The notes under the pieces are model-generated. The model worked only from the letters and a program-made list of their open reading frames with translations, had not been told where the DNA came from and ran no database searches. From an uncultured Chloroflexia bacterium (GTDB lineage Bacteria; Chloroflexota; Anaerolineae; Anaerolineales; Villigracilaceae), in NCBI GenBank assembly GCA_963843925.1, contig CAWJML010000004.1:289123-353122 (forward strand): a stretch of 64,000 nucleotides of DNA, given 5' to 3'. Shown piece after piece: positions 19,580 to 29,809 of this stretch. Position 1 is the stretch's first letter. Each line of letters begins with the position of its first letter. Position numbers and translations under genes: made by a program.

Positions 19580-21220
19580 ATGACCACCCAATTTATTGAT
19601 CTTACCCTGCGTCCTGAATTGATGCAGGCCATAGCCGCGCTCGGTTATATTGAGCCGACCTCCATACAGGCTGCCGTAATCCCGGTCATGCTGACCGGCG
19701 TCGATGTGATTGGTCAAGCTCAGACCGGCACCGGGAAGACCGCTGCCTTTGCCCTCCCCATGTTGAACAACCTTATACCCGGCCAACGCCACGTACAAGC
19801 GCTGGTACTTTGTCCTACCCGCGAGCTTGCCTTGCAGGTGGCTGGTGCCATTAATGACTACGGTAAGGTGCTGGAGGTGCGAGTCCTGGCCGTTTATGGT
19901 GGTCAGCCCTACGGTCCGCAGATCAGTCGTCTAAATCGCGGCGTGGACGTGGTAGTTGGCACTCCCGGTCGTTTGATCGACCTGCTGGACCGGAATGCGC
20001 TTAACATCAGCAAGGTGAAAACGGTCGTGCTTGACGAGGCTGATGAAATGCTCTCGATGGGCTTTGTCGAGGACATCGAGACTATCCTGGCACAAACCTC
20101 AGCAGAGCGTCAGACAGCCCTGTTCTCCGCCACGCTACCGGCTCCCATTCGAAAGTTGGCGAGTCATTACATGCATCACCCGCAATCCATTGTGATCCAG
20201 CACGCACAGGTTACATTGGAAGAGATTCAGCAGCGCTACTATTTGGTAAACCAGGGAGATAAACTGGCAGCGATCACAAGACTTTTCGAGATCGAGCCGA
20301 TCAAAAGTGCCCTAATTTTTGTCCGTACCCGCATCGGAACTGGCGAGCTCGCCAATGAATTGTCCCGCCGCGGCTTTCCTGCTGAAGCTCTGAATGGCGA
20401 TCTTAGCCAGGAGGCGCGTGAACGAACCCTTAACCACTTCCGCCAGAATCAGGTCAAGGTCTTGGTGGCGACTGACGTAGCCGCCCGCGGCCTGGATATC
20501 GACGACATTTCCCACGTATTCAATTATGATTTGCCTGACGATCCTGAGATCTACATCCATCGCATCGGACGCACGGGACGAGCCGGCAAGTCCGGAATAG
20601 CCATCTCGATGGTGACGCCGCGTGAAAAACGCCTGCTGCGACAAATTGAATCCCTCATCCGGCAGCCCCTGGCAAAAGCTGACCTTCCGACCGAAGAAGA
20701 TATCAAGCTTCATCGCGAGGACGAGTTGCTCAATGAAGTAAGGGTTTGGCTTACACGTGCCCGTTACCGCCGCGAACGCGAGATGGTTGCTCGCCTGGTT
20801 GAAGAGGGTCATGATCCCCTTGAGATTGCTGCTGCTGCCCTCAAACAGGCACGCGCAGATGAGAGGCAGCGCCCGGTCGCTGCAATTAGTGAGGTGGCAG
20901 AGAGACCACAGCGCCAGTATGAACGAAAAGGTGGTCATACTGCAAGGCGTGGCGGTTTTTCGGACCGAGGCCCTGTTTCACATGAACCAGGCATGGTCCG
21001 CCTCAGCCTGAACATGGGTCGTGATAAGGGCATCCGTCCGAATGATGTGGTCGGAGCCATAGCCTACCATGCCGATATTCCCGGTTCTACGATCGGCAAA
21101 ATTTTCATTGAAGATCGACGCACCCTCGTGGATGTGCCGGAGAACCTTGTCAACCAGATCCTTTCGAAAGCTGGAAAATACAGCCTGCGGAAACAGGCAT
21201 TCACGGTGGAGCGTGTTTGA
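19580..21220 (+). CDS. deaD: DEAD-box ATP-dependent RNA helicase (DeaD/CsdA-like, with DbpA-type C-terminal RNA-binding domain)
   Basis: Q-motif and motif I AQTGTGKTAAF, PTRELA, VLDEADEML (DEAD), SAT and HRIGRTGRAG. A C-terminal region of about 70 aa (MVRLSLNMGRDKGIRPNDVVGAI) resembles the DbpA domain. Confidence 0.9.
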   Translation: MTTQFIDLTLRPELMQAIAALGYIEPTSIQAAVIPVMLTGVDVIGQAQTGTGKTAAFALPMLNNLIPGQRHVQALVLCPTRELALQVAGAINDYGKVLEVRVLAVYGGQPYGPQISRLNRGVDVVVGTPGRLIDLLDRNALNISKVKTVVLDEADEMLSMGFVEDIETILAQTSAERQTALFSATLPAPIRKLASHYMHHPQSIVIQHAQVTLEEIQQRYYLVNQGDKLAAITRLFEIEPIKSALIFVRTRIGTGELANELSRRGFPAEALNGDLSQEARERTLNHFRQNQVKVLVATDVAARGLDIDDISHVFNYDLPDDPEIYIHRIGRTGRAGKSGIAISMVTPREKRLLRQIESLIRQPLAKADLPTEEDIKLHREDELLNEVRVWLTRARYRREREMVARLVEEGHDPLEIAAAALKQARADERQRPVAAISEVAERPQRQYERKGGHTARRGGFSDRGPVSHEPGMVRLSLNMGRDKGIRPNDVVGAIAYHADIPGSTIGKIFIEDRRTLVDVPENLVNQILSKAGKYSLRKQAFTVERV

Positions 21221-21235
21221 AATTGATGGAATAAC

Positions 21236-21270
21236 AAAAACAGCCGTCCAAAACTGGACGGCTGTTTGCT
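21236..21270. terminator. Bidirectional terminator between convergent genes
   Basis: AAACAGCCGTCCA pairs with TGGACGGCTGTTT. The stem has A and T runs on either side. Confidence 0.8.
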
Positions 21271-21303
21271 AGGTCGGTATTGCGATTTACCCATCGGCAG
21301 CGT

Positions 21304-22017
21304 TTATGTCATTTGTTTGAGCTTTTGGATGTGTGCGGTGTGATCCCTTTCATGCCAAAGGGCACGCCGCAATATTTTTCGGGGCGACCAGAACTCCCCA
21401 TCCACGCCGACAACCCGTTTAATATCGCTTAACTTGAAAAGTGCAAAATTTAGTTGTTTGCGAACTTTATCAAGCCGGCCAACCGGATCTTCGGGGACTT
21501 CATTGCGTGGGAATGCCAGGCCGAGTCGATCCAGGTACCACCATTCTGCACCACCGAGGTGCTTCAGGATGCCATTAATGCTCCATCTTTCTCCCGGATA
21601 GGTCTGGTTCAATTTTGCATCGGTCAGCCCGCGTAATGTTTTCAAAAGATCATCCCTGCTCCAGGTCAACAAGTCCAGACCGCGTTTTATTTCGATCGTA
21701 GTAAGCGGTTTCCAATCATAGGGAAAGAACGACTCTACAGTAAACCCGTCCGTTTCGGTGGTTTTATCGAGATCGTCATTTATAAAATAGACATCCCACG
21801 TCCCGTTTACTTCAAAATCGACCTCGTTTTCAGGGAAGTTTAACCAGGTATTTGCTTCATGTCTCAGGATCCAGCCTGCGTAACTGCTTAGCGACCCTTC
21901 TAGGTTGGTGAGTGCAGCTTGACCTTTCATCCCGTACGCAAAACAGCCCGGGTGTTCCAGTGCCCAGGCGATTGAGCGTCCCTCATAATTATTTTCGATC
22001 CCAACTTGAAAGATCAT
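21304..22017 (-). CDS. DinB-superfamily protein with an N-terminal HicB-like (UPF0150-like) module
   Basis: The C-terminal half WSINGILKHLGGAEWWYLDRLG...RRALWHERDHTAHIQKL has DinB-type His spacing. The N-terminus MIFQVGIENNYEGRSIAWALEHPGCFAYG resembles the HicB fold. ATG 22017 has a GGAGG 8 nt upstream. Confidence 0.55.
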   Translation of the reverse strand: MIFQVGIENNYEGRSIAWALEHPGCFAYGMKGQAALTNLEGSLSSYAGWILRHEANTWLNFPENEVDFEVNGTWDVYFINDDLDKTTETDGFTVESFFPYDWKPLTTIEIKRGLDLLTWSRDDLLKTLRGLTDAKLNQTYPGERWSINGILKHLGGAEWWYLDRLGLAFPRNEVPEDPVGRLDKVRKQLNFALFKLSDIKRVVGVDGEFWSPRKILRRALWHERDHTAHIQKLKQMT

Positions 22018-22107
22018 CCCTAACCTCCATGCCCCTTTATTGTACACCAGCATAAAAGGCCGGAGATAACACATCCATTACAGTTACAAATTCGGACGAA
22101 CCTCGCT

Positions 22108-23286
22108 TTATCCGTACCGGTTCATGAATAATTCCATCCGGTGCAGCGCTTCTTCTATTTTCTCGTAAGCAGTGGCATACGAACATCTGACGAATCCCTC
22201 CCCACCTGCTCCGAATGCATTACCGGGTACGACAGCCACGTGTTCTTCCAGTAGTAATTTTTCGGCAAACATATCGTCGTCCATCCCGGAGGCGGAGATC
22301 TTGGGGAAGGCATACAACGCGCCGCGCGGCTCAACGGTTGTGAGTCCGAGTTTGTTCAACCCGCCGACGATCAACCTCCTGCGCCGGTCATATTCGCTGA
22401 CCATTTCCTTAACGAATTTTTCCCCGTTGGTCAATGCTTCGAGTGCGGCATCCTGGGCCATCGTTGGAGCAGACATGATCGTGTATTGGTGTACGCGGAC
22501 CATGCCTTTGATGATGTCCTCTGGTCCGGCAGCATAACCGATACGCCAACCGGTCATTGCGTAGTCCTTTGAAAGACCGCCAAGCAGGACGGTTCGCTTT
22601 TTAATGTTTTCGGATAACGCGGGCAGACAAACATGCGGACCACCGTATACCAGGCGGTCGTAAATTTCATCCGATACGATGATCAGGTCATGCCGTTCTG
22701 CGATTTCAGCGACTTCTCGCAGCACTTCGCTCGATGCCACGGCACCGGTGGGGTTGGCAGGGTAACCGACAAATATTATTTTCGTTCGTGGGGTGATGGC
22801 TGCCCGGACTTGATCCGGGTCGAGCTGGAAATTGTTTTCCATCCGGCTAGGGATTTCCACGGGCACACCGCCTGCCAGGATCACTTCCGCCTGGTAGGAG
22901 ACAAAGCACGGGGTTGGAATGATGACCTCATCACCCGGGTCAAGCAGGGTGGTCATGACGAGGTAGAGCGCTTCTGAGACTCCGACGGTCAGGATGACCT
23001 CGTTCACTGGATCAAAGGAAATACCGTATAACTTTGACAGGTTATTGGCTACAGCCTGGCGGACTTCCAACTTACCGGAATTGGAAGTGTAGTGCGTCTC
23101 TCCATCCTGCAGAGAGCGGATGCCCGCTTCCAGGATCGGCTTCGGTGTTGTGAAATCCGGTTCGCCAATACCAAGCGATATGACATCTTTCATGGTCGCG
23201 GCGATATCGAAGAATTTCCGTATACCGGAAGGTTTGAGGTCTGCAACACGTTTGGAAATATAGCGAACGCTTGAAATTTCCTGCAT
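22108..23286 (-). CDS. Class I/II PLP-dependent aminotransferase (aspartate aminotransferase-like)
   Basis: 392 aa. Motifs: IRKFFD, ISLGIGEPDFTTP, GYPANPTG and LSKDYAMTGWRIGY (PLP lysine). Confidence 0.9.
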   Translation of the reverse strand: MQEISSVRYISKRVADLKPSGIRKFFDIAATMKDVISLGIGEPDFTTPKPILEAGIRSLQDGETHYTSNSGKLEVRQAVANNLSKLYGISFDPVNEVILTVGVSEALYLVMTTLLDPGDEVIIPTPCFVSYQAEVILAGGVPVEIPSRMENNFQLDPDQVRAAITPRTKIIFVGYPANPTGAVASSEVLREVAEIAERHDLIIVSDEIYDRLVYGGPHVCLPALSENIKKRTVLLGGLSKDYAMTGWRIGYAAGPEDIIKGMVRVHQYTIMSAPTMAQDAALEALTNGEKFVKEMVSEYDRRRRLIVGGLNKLGLTTVEPRGALYAFPKISASGMDDDMFAEKLLLEEHVAVVPGNAFGAGGEGFVRCSYATAYEKIEEALHRMELFMNRYG

Positions 23287-23295
23287 GCATACTCC

Positions 23296-23505
23296 TTAGA
23301 GGTTTTGGATCAGCCAGCTATCCGATTTCTCATCGTAGGATAGATTAAAAAGTTCTCCATCGGTGGTTCTTATTTTGAACCATTTCGCCTCTGGCGTGCG
23401 GCCCTGTGACAGGATATCTGCTACCAGATATCGTTCTCCCTGCCAGGTTAACGCCACCGGTTTATCAGAGTAACTGCTTCCCGAATGGCATTCTACAATA
23501 TCCAT
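23296..23505 (-). CDS. Hypothetical small protein (69 aa)
   Basis: The ORF is tightly packed 9 nt upstream of the aminotransferase gene. The start is placed at ATG 23505, after the upstream terminator. No motif was recognised and the SD is weak. Confidence 0.4.
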   Translation of the reverse strand: MDIVECHSGSSYSDKPVALTWQGERYLVADILSQGRTPEAKWFKIRTTDGELFNLSYDEKSDSWLIQNL

Positions 23506-23521
23506 TGTAAGGCAATCCAAT

Positions 23522-23556
23522 AAAAAACTGTAGGACAAGATATCATCTTGTCCTAC
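23522..23556 (-). terminator. Rho-independent terminator after the nucleotidyltransferase gene
   Basis: GTAGGACAAGAT (23530-23541) pairs with ATCTTGTCCTAC (23545-23556). The minus-strand T6 tract corresponds to plus-strand A6 at 23522-23527. Confidence 0.8.
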
Positions 23557-23568
23557 AAACAAAAAGCA

Positions 23569-24603
23569 CTATTTAAGAATAACCAAACTGTCATCGCCAA
23601 TATTCAATTTTAATGGCGGATCGTTGGCAGATCGACCCTGGACTTTGGCCTTCCGTCCAATGAACGAGCCTTTTATCGCTGCCGAATCGACAGTTACACC
23701 GGATTCGAGAATGCTGTCTTCAATTCGGGAATCATTAATATTACAATCCGCGCCAATGGAGGCATGCGGTCCGATCGTTGAATTCTTGATCTGGGCGCTC
23801 GCATGGATGTAGACAGGCGGTTTTATTTCAACGCCTTCAGACATTACACTCTCCGCATTCTTGGCTTGGTTGTGTTCCAGAAAATACCGGTTGGTTTCAA
23901 GCGTGGCTTCTATCGTGCCGGTATCCAACCAGACCTCAACGGCTTGTGTGCGCATTTTTAATCCACGCTCGATCATGATATTGATGGCATCTGTGAGGAA
24001 GTATTCACCCTTCAGGGATTTGCCCCGTTTCATCTGTTCATCAATCGCCGAAAGGAGGTCCAAGCTTTCACGCAGGTAATAACATCCTACCACGACACGA
24101 TTGTTTTCAAAGCCCGTTGGCTTTTCAACTAGACGGGTCACCCAGCCTTCGGCGCTCACTTCAGCCACACCAAAGCGGCGCGGGTCTGGCACAACCTTGA
24201 CCCAGGCTACCCCATCCGCTTTTTCCTTAGCCAGGAAGGAAAAATCCGTTTCGATCAATGTATCCGAAAAACATACGATCATTGGACCGGACAAATATTT
24301 TCGAGCCAGATGCAATGCATCTGACTGCCCTTTCATGACAGGTTGCAGTACATAATTAACCTTCAAGTCCGGGTACTTCTGCTTCATATAAGCAGGTATT
24401 TGTGTTTCGCCCAAACCTGGGCTGAAGATGATGACGTATTCTACCGGCAGGTTGTGAGGTATGCTATCGAACGTTGCCAGTAAGTAGTCGAGCACAGACT
24501 TGCCCGCAACGCTCACCAAAGGTTTCGGTTTGGACCATGTTTGTGGACGCATCCGCGTAGCCCAGCCGGCAGTTGGAATAACGATTTTCAAAGTTTGTTT
24601 CAT
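23569..24603 (-). CDS. Sugar-phosphate nucleotidyltransferase with C-terminal left-handed beta-helix
   Basis: The N-terminus KIVIPTAGWATRMRP...KPLVSVAGKSVLDYLL is the NTP_transferase signature. The C-terminus has hexapeptide-like repeats. Confidence 0.8.
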   Translation of the reverse strand: MKQTLKIVIPTAGWATRMRPQTWSKPKPLVSVAGKSVLDYLLATFDSIPHNLPVEYVIIFSPGLGETQIPAYMKQKYPDLKVNYVLQPVMKGQSDALHLARKYLSGPMIVCFSDTLIETDFSFLAKEKADGVAWVKVVPDPRRFGVAEVSAEGWVTRLVEKPTGFENNRVVVGCYYLRESLDLLSAIDEQMKRGKSLKGEYFLTDAINIMIERGLKMRTQAVEVWLDTGTIEATLETNRYFLEHNQAKNAESVMSEGVEIKPPVYIHASAQIKNSTIGPHASIGADCNINDSRIEDSILESGVTVDSAAIKGSFIGRKAKVQGRSANDPPLKLNIGDDSLVILK

Positions 24604-24661
24604 GCTGCTATTTTACCTTGCGGTCAACTCGTATGCAATTTTCTGATAATGGGAGCAATGG

Positions 24662-25225
24662 TTAACGGAAGAAAATGATCCCGACCCCTGCTGCTACAAG
24701 AACCAGCCAAATCGGGCTGATGCTCGTAAAGGTCAGGACGAGAAATGCGCCGATTGCGATCAACCATTTGCTCCAATCGTGCAGCAGGGAAGAACCTAAT
24801 CCTTGTTTATCGAGTCCAAATACCGTAAATCCAATCTGGACAGCCGTCCAGACCAGAAGTCCAACCACAAATGGGCGAACGCCTTGAAGGGCGCCCTTCA
24901 TATAAATATTATCTTTAATATTAAAAAAGACGGTGATCAGGACCAGCATTAATAACGTGGCTGGGACAACAGTGCCCACCACAGCGGTCACGGCTCCCGG
25001 CCAGCCCGCCAGTTTGTAACCGACATAAGCTGAGGCTTGCGGCGCAGTTGGGCCGGGCAGTGCATTGCTGATAGCGATGTCATCAGCAAACTCCTCGGGG
25101 GTGAGCCAACCAGCAGCAATGACCTCCCGCTGCATCAGGCCCAGGGAAGCTGGCCCACCTCCCCACGAAAACATGGCTACTTTAGTAAAGAGCCAGAATA
25201 TTTGGAGAAGCAATTTCCATTCCAT
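24662..25225 (-). CDS. Chromate transporter (short ChrA-family, single half)
   Basis: 187 aa. FSWGGGPASLGLMQREVI and LPGPTAPQ are typical of CHR-family short proteins. No partner half-gene is adjacent. Confidence 0.75.
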   Translation of the reverse strand: MEWKLLLQIFWLFTKVAMFSWGGGPASLGLMQREVIAAGWLTPEEFADDIAISNALPGPTAPQASAYVGYKLAGWPGAVTAVVGTVVPATLLMLVLITVFFNIKDNIYMKGALQGVRPFVVGLLVWTAVQIGFTVFGLDKQGLGSSLLHDWSKWLIAIGAFLVLTFTSISPIWLVLVAAGVGIIFFR

Positions 25226-25383
25226 GTACTTACCTCCCCATTATCTATTTGTGTCCAAAGATAGGGTATGGTACATAGTTTTCTTCCAGTCGTTTGATTA
25301 CCATAGTAAAAACTGGATTTCGAGCGCGGCAATGGATCGTTCTACTTGCTCCGGTTTGCTGGATAAAAGTAAAAACTGTGGGA

Positions 25384-27111
25384 TCAACGCCCAGCGTCCA
25401 ATTCTTGGATGACGCCGACCATCAGGTCCACCGCTTTTTTAAGCGTACTGGCATCAAAAGCAAATTTGGCTCCTGCCGACTTGAATAATTCAGGCAGCGT
25501 AACCATGCCTCCCAGGGAAAGTGCCTTGCGGTAATCTGCCACAGCCTTCATTTGGTTCTTTAATGCATTACCGAATATTTGTACTGCCCCCAATTGTGCC
25601 AAGCCATACTCTACATAATAGAAAGGCACCTGGTGAATATGCAATTTACGGTGCCAACCGGTTACCTTTTCATCCTCCAATCCGCTCCAATCCACACCCG
25701 GGATGAACCGGTCCCATAACTCCCCCCACTTTTTATCGCAGTTGGAAGGGTCTGCCCCGGCATTTGGATTCTCGTAAACCCACTGTTGGAAAGAATCGAC
25801 CACTGCCATGAATGGCCAGAAAAGGATCATGCCTTCGAGATGCTCGGTCCGGGCTCGGCTGGCTCCTGATTCCGTGTAGAAGCCCCCACGTTCTTTGGTC
25901 AGGTAAGGTGAAGCCAGCAGCTCCATCCCCATCGAAGCCACTTCCGCAAATTCCATCGGCACAGCCAGTTGCTGAACATAGGGGATTTTCGCCGTTTCGA
26001 AAACGTGGAAGGAATGTCCTGATTCGTGCAGCATGGTCATGACATCGTCGTGAGTGCCGACTGCGTTGACAAAAACAAAGGGCTTTCGGATCGATGTGAA
26101 GGACGTGCAGTACGCTCCAGGCGCCTTGTTCTTTCGGTTATCAAGGTCAGTAAGTCCATCAGCGACCAGACTGTCGAAGTAACCGCCCAAAACTGGATCA
26201 ACCTGATGGAAGATGGACGATGCCCCAGTCTTAAGTTCATCGATCGAGCCGAATGGTTTTAGTTGGGACTGACCGGCAGGAGAGGCCGGGCGGTTGAACC
26301 AGCCGTCCACCAGGTCCCAGGGACGCAACGTATCCAGGCCAAGAACCTTCTTCCGCTTCTCGTAGATCCTTGTCGCGGCTGGAACGACGACTTCCTCGAT
26401 GGCTTTCTCGAAGGACTTGCAATCTGCCGGGGTGTAATCAAAGCGTAATTTTTGTTGCCAGGCGTATTCACGGTAGGAAGCTTTGCCTGCGTTTTTGGCG
26501 ATCCTGGCGCGCACGTCCATGAATTTCTGCCAGAGGTCGTTGATGGTCTTGCGGTCTGAGAGTTGGCGTTCCGCTTTGAGCCGCCATGCTTTTTCGCGCT
26601 TGGCGCGGTCAGGCTGCTGGTAATTTAATGCAAGCCTGGTCAGGGTAATCTCCTCGCCCTCCCATTTGACCGTTTGTGCCCCATAAATTTTATCGTATTC
26701 GATTGTTAACTTCTGCTGGTCAGCCAGTAATGGAAGATTGGAATCGCGGAAAAGATCCGCTTCAGCACGCATGTTTCGCAGGGGGATGTCGAAACCCTTC
26801 GGTTCGAGTTTGCTTACCAACAGTTTTTCTTTCAGTTTTTGCTCGGCAGCCATGACGTTCGGAAAGATGCCGTCCAGGAACTTGTTCATTCGTTCCTCAG
26901 CTTCTTTATCCAATGTATTGATCGACATGGCTACCGATAACCGCGCCAACATTTCCTCGATGCGTTCGCCCACGGATGACCAATCAGCCAGCCATTTATC
27001 TACGCTGGCAGCCGTTAGGGATTGCGCCTCCAGGTTTTTATAGTGTGGTTCGATTTCAGACCAGCTCCATGCGATGATTTCTTGCGAAGTGTTGGGAAGA
27101 TTTTTTAGCAT
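25384..27111 (-). CDS. pepF: Oligoendopeptidase F (M3 family zinc metallopeptidase)
   Basis: Zinc motif TMLHESGHSFH (HExxH) and overall M3B-like sequence. ATG 27111 (MLKNLPNTSQEI) is preferred over the upstream extension. Confidence 0.85.
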   Translation of the reverse strand: MLKNLPNTSQEIIAWSWSEIEPHYKNLEAQSLTAASVDKWLADWSSVGERIEEMLARLSVAMSINTLDKEAEERMNKFLDGIFPNVMAAEQKLKEKLLVSKLEPKGFDIPLRNMRAEADLFRDSNLPLLADQQKLTIEYDKIYGAQTVKWEGEEITLTRLALNYQQPDRAKREKAWRLKAERQLSDRKTINDLWQKFMDVRARIAKNAGKASYREYAWQQKLRFDYTPADCKSFEKAIEEVVVPAATRIYEKRKKVLGLDTLRPWDLVDGWFNRPASPAGQSQLKPFGSIDELKTGASSIFHQVDPVLGGYFDSLVADGLTDLDNRKNKAPGAYCTSFTSIRKPFVFVNAVGTHDDVMTMLHESGHSFHVFETAKIPYVQQLAVPMEFAEVASMGMELLASPYLTKERGGFYTESGASRARTEHLEGMILFWPFMAVVDSFQQWVYENPNAGADPSNCDKKWGELWDRFIPGVDWSGLEDEKVTGWHRKLHIHQVPFYYVEYGLAQLGAVQIFGNALKNQMKAVADYRKALSLGGMVTLPELFKSAGAKFAFDASTLKKAVDLMVGVIQELDAGR

Positions 27112-27180
27112 GACAATCCTTTCATAGTGACAGGGGCAGATACACAAAAAGGAAAACGAATACGGTGCCTTCCTCTTATT

Positions 27181-29367
27181 TTAGTCCTTCTTTTTAATCA
27201 CGGATAAATTGGCCAGGCTTGCAGCCAGGCGCTTGATACCGACGCTTTCGAATACGACATCAACGGTCTCGTCGTTGTCTTGAACCCGGCTGTTTAAAAC
27301 AATTCCTTCCCCCCAACCAGAGTGCATGACACGCATGCCAGCCCGGAAACGGGTCTCTACTTTTGCGGTGGGTACTGCGTCGGATCGCAGCCAGGTTGGA
27401 TTTTGGGATCGGCTGCCGCGAACTTGACCGCCGCGCGCTTTTCCGTTCAATAATGGAGCAGGGATATCTTCCAGATAGCGGGAAGGGATGGTTTCCTCAC
27501 CATAACCGCGGCCTCCCCGTCGTTGGGCGCGCAGCAAATACAGCCGGTCTTTAGCCCTGGTGATCCCTACGTAGAACAGCCGGCGTTCTTCCTCCATGGC
27601 TTCAGGTTCATCGAATGAGCGGCTGTGCGGCAGGATGCCGTCGTCCAAGCCTACAATGAAAACCGATCCGAACTCGAGCCCTTTGGCTGCGTGCAGGGTA
27701 AGCAAGGTTGGTGCATTTGTCCCTTCGGCGAGCGTATCTTGATCGGAAATCAGTGCCACGTTCTCCAGAAAGTCAGTCAGGGTACGATCTTCAAATTCAA
27801 CTGCGAGTCGTCTCAATTCCTGGACGTTTTCCCACCGCTCGGCACCTTCATCGCTTCCATCGTCGAGGTATGACTGGTAATTGATATCTTTTGTAATCCG
27901 ATCGAAAAGTTCCACGACGGTCATGCGTGGAGCTTCGGCACTCCAGCTCGACACCAGGACACCGAATTCTGCCAACGGCCCGATGGTGCGACCGGTGAAT
28001 TGCGCAAGGTAAGTTGAATTGTTCCCGCGGGCGAGATCCATTAAAACTCCCGAAGGACTGGTGCCTGTTTTGTGGGCTGTATTATGCAGGCTCGCGATGG
28101 TCTTCTCTCCTACGCCTCGTGGTGGAGTGTTGATTACCCGGTCGAGCGAGATTTCATCAGCGGGGTTATACACAAGTCGCAGGTAGGCGATAATATCTTT
28201 TACTTCGCGCCTGCCATAGAATCGTTGAGCACCGACCAATTTATATGGAAGTCGGGCTTGCAGGAAGGCTTCTTCCAACAACCGGGATTGGGCATTCGTG
28301 CGGTACATGACAGCACAGTTGCCTGGCTCGACAGCTTTGCTGGCGACCAGGTTGGCGATGGTATCCACAACGAATGCCGCTTCAGTGTAATCATCGAGCG
28401 CCTCATAAAATATGAGCTTCTCGCCTTCGCCGCGTTCAGTGAATAGGCGTTTTTGGCGTCTGTTTGGATTTCGGTCGATCACCGCTGTTGCTGCATCGAG
28501 GATGGTTTGCTTTGAGCGGTAATTCTGTTCTAGCAAAATTACCTGGGCATCCGGGTAATCCTGCTCGAAACGCTGGACATTACGGTAATCCGCACCCCGC
28601 CAGCGGTAAATCGATTGGTCCGGGTCCCCAACCACAAAAATGTTATTGTGCCTCGAAGCAAGGTGCTTAAGCAATACGTACTGGGCAAAATTGGTATCCT
28701 GGAATTCGTCAACCAGCACATGATGAAAACGCTCGGAGTATTTCTCGCGCACGGCGGGGAATTCTGAAAGCAGGTGAGCCGTCCATAATAAAAGATCATC
28801 AAAATCGACGGCATTGTTTTGTTTCAATAATTCCTGGTAGCGCTTGTAAACTCGTTTTACCACTTCGTCCCGATAGGTCTGGATCGGATAGTCTTCCGGG
28901 AAGATTAAGTCATTCTTTGCGCGCGAGATGGCAGCGTGGACGGATTGGGGGCGGTAGGCTTTATCGTCCAGGTTAAGATCATGGATGGCACCCTTGACGA
29001 CTCTCTGCTGATCGTCATCGTCGTAGATGACAAAGCTGGTGTCAAAGGGAAGCTGTTCTGATTCACGCCGCAATAACCTGGCACAGATGGAGTGAAAGGT
29101 ACCCAACCAGAGACCGTCTGCTGCCATTTCTCCCAGCATCTCATGAACGCGGTTTTTCATTTCATTGGCTGCTTTATTCGTGAAAGTAACTGCCAGCATC
29201 TGGTACGGACGCACTCCCTGCTTGGCAAGCAGGTAAGCAACTCGCTGGGTAAGCACGCGGGTCTTCCCGGATCCGGGACCTGCCAGTACAAGAACAGGTC
29301 CCGCCCCGGCAGTTACTGCTATGCGTTGTTGTGGATTAAGTTTGTCGAGGAAATCCATGAGCGGCAA
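27181..29367 (-). CDS. pcrA: UvrD/PcrA-type ATP-dependent DNA helicase (SF1)
   Basis: LNPQQRIAV, Walker A AGPGSGKTRVL, VDEFQDTN, GDPDQSIYRWRGA, TLHAAKGLEF and YVGITRAK. 728 aa. Confidence 0.93.
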   Translation of the reverse strand: MPLMDFLDKLNPQQRIAVTAGAGPVLVLAGPGSGKTRVLTQRVAYLLAKQGVRPYQMLAVTFTNKAANEMKNRVHEMLGEMAADGLWLGTFHSICARLLRRESEQLPFDTSFVIYDDDDQQRVVKGAIHDLNLDDKAYRPQSVHAAISRAKNDLIFPEDYPIQTYRDEVVKRVYKRYQELLKQNNAVDFDDLLLWTAHLLSEFPAVREKYSERFHHVLVDEFQDTNFAQYVLLKHLASRHNNIFVVGDPDQSIYRWRGADYRNVQRFEQDYPDAQVILLEQNYRSKQTILDAATAVIDRNPNRRQKRLFTERGEGEKLIFYEALDDYTEAAFVVDTIANLVASKAVEPGNCAVMYRTNAQSRLLEEAFLQARLPYKLVGAQRFYGRREVKDIIAYLRLVYNPADEISLDRVINTPPRGVGEKTIASLHNTAHKTGTSPSGVLMDLARGNNSTYLAQFTGRTIGPLAEFGVLVSSWSAEAPRMTVVELFDRITKDINYQSYLDDGSDEGAERWENVQELRRLAVEFEDRTLTDFLENVALISDQDTLAEGTNAPTLLTLHAAKGLEFGSVFIVGLDDGILPHSRSFDEPEAMEEERRLFYVGITRAKDRLYLLRAQRRGGRGYGEETIPSRYLEDIPAPLLNGKARGGQVRGSRSQNPTWLRSDAVPTAKVETRFRAGMRVMHSGWGEGIVLNSRVQDNDETVDVVFESVGIKRLAASLANLSVIKKKD

Positions 29368-29410
29368 TACTTCTAAAGCAGCACGACGCGCCGTGCCCCC
29401 AATCCACTTA

Positions 29411-29809
29411 TTATCTCAATTCCGATGTGCAGTTTGGGCAGCGGGTTGCCTTGATGGAAATGATGGTAAAGCAGTGCGGGCATTCTTTTGTCGTTGGTTC
29501 TGCAACCGGGGCAGGTGCTGGTTTCTTTTGCAGACTGTTGATACCTTTGACCATCAGGAAGATTACCAGGGCAATGATAAGAAAATCGATCACGTTGTTG
29601 ATAAAGTTTCCGTAGGTAACTGTTGCTTTCCCGATCGAAAAGGAGAGACCGGTAAAATCAATCCCGCCGATGATCAGACCTATCAACGGCATCAGGAGAT
29701 CGTTTACCAGCGAACTGATGATTTTACCAAACGCACCTCCGATAATAACGGCGACAGCCAGGTCCATGACATTGCCACGCATGATGAAGTTTTTAAACTC
29801 ATTAATCAT
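29411..29809 (-). CDS. mscL: Large-conductance mechanosensitive channel MscL with C-terminal CxxC...CxxC zinc-ribbon
   Basis: [52 protein letters not shown] is the canonical MscL N-terminus and TM1. The tail reads [24 protein letters not shown]. Confidence 0.92.
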   Translation of the reverse strand: MINEFKNFIMRGNVMDLAVAVIIGGAFGKIISSLVNDLLMPLIGLIIGGIDFTGLSFSIGKATVTYGNFINNVIDFLIIALVIFLMVKGINSLQKKPAPAPVAEPTTKECPHCFTIISIKATRCPNCTSELR

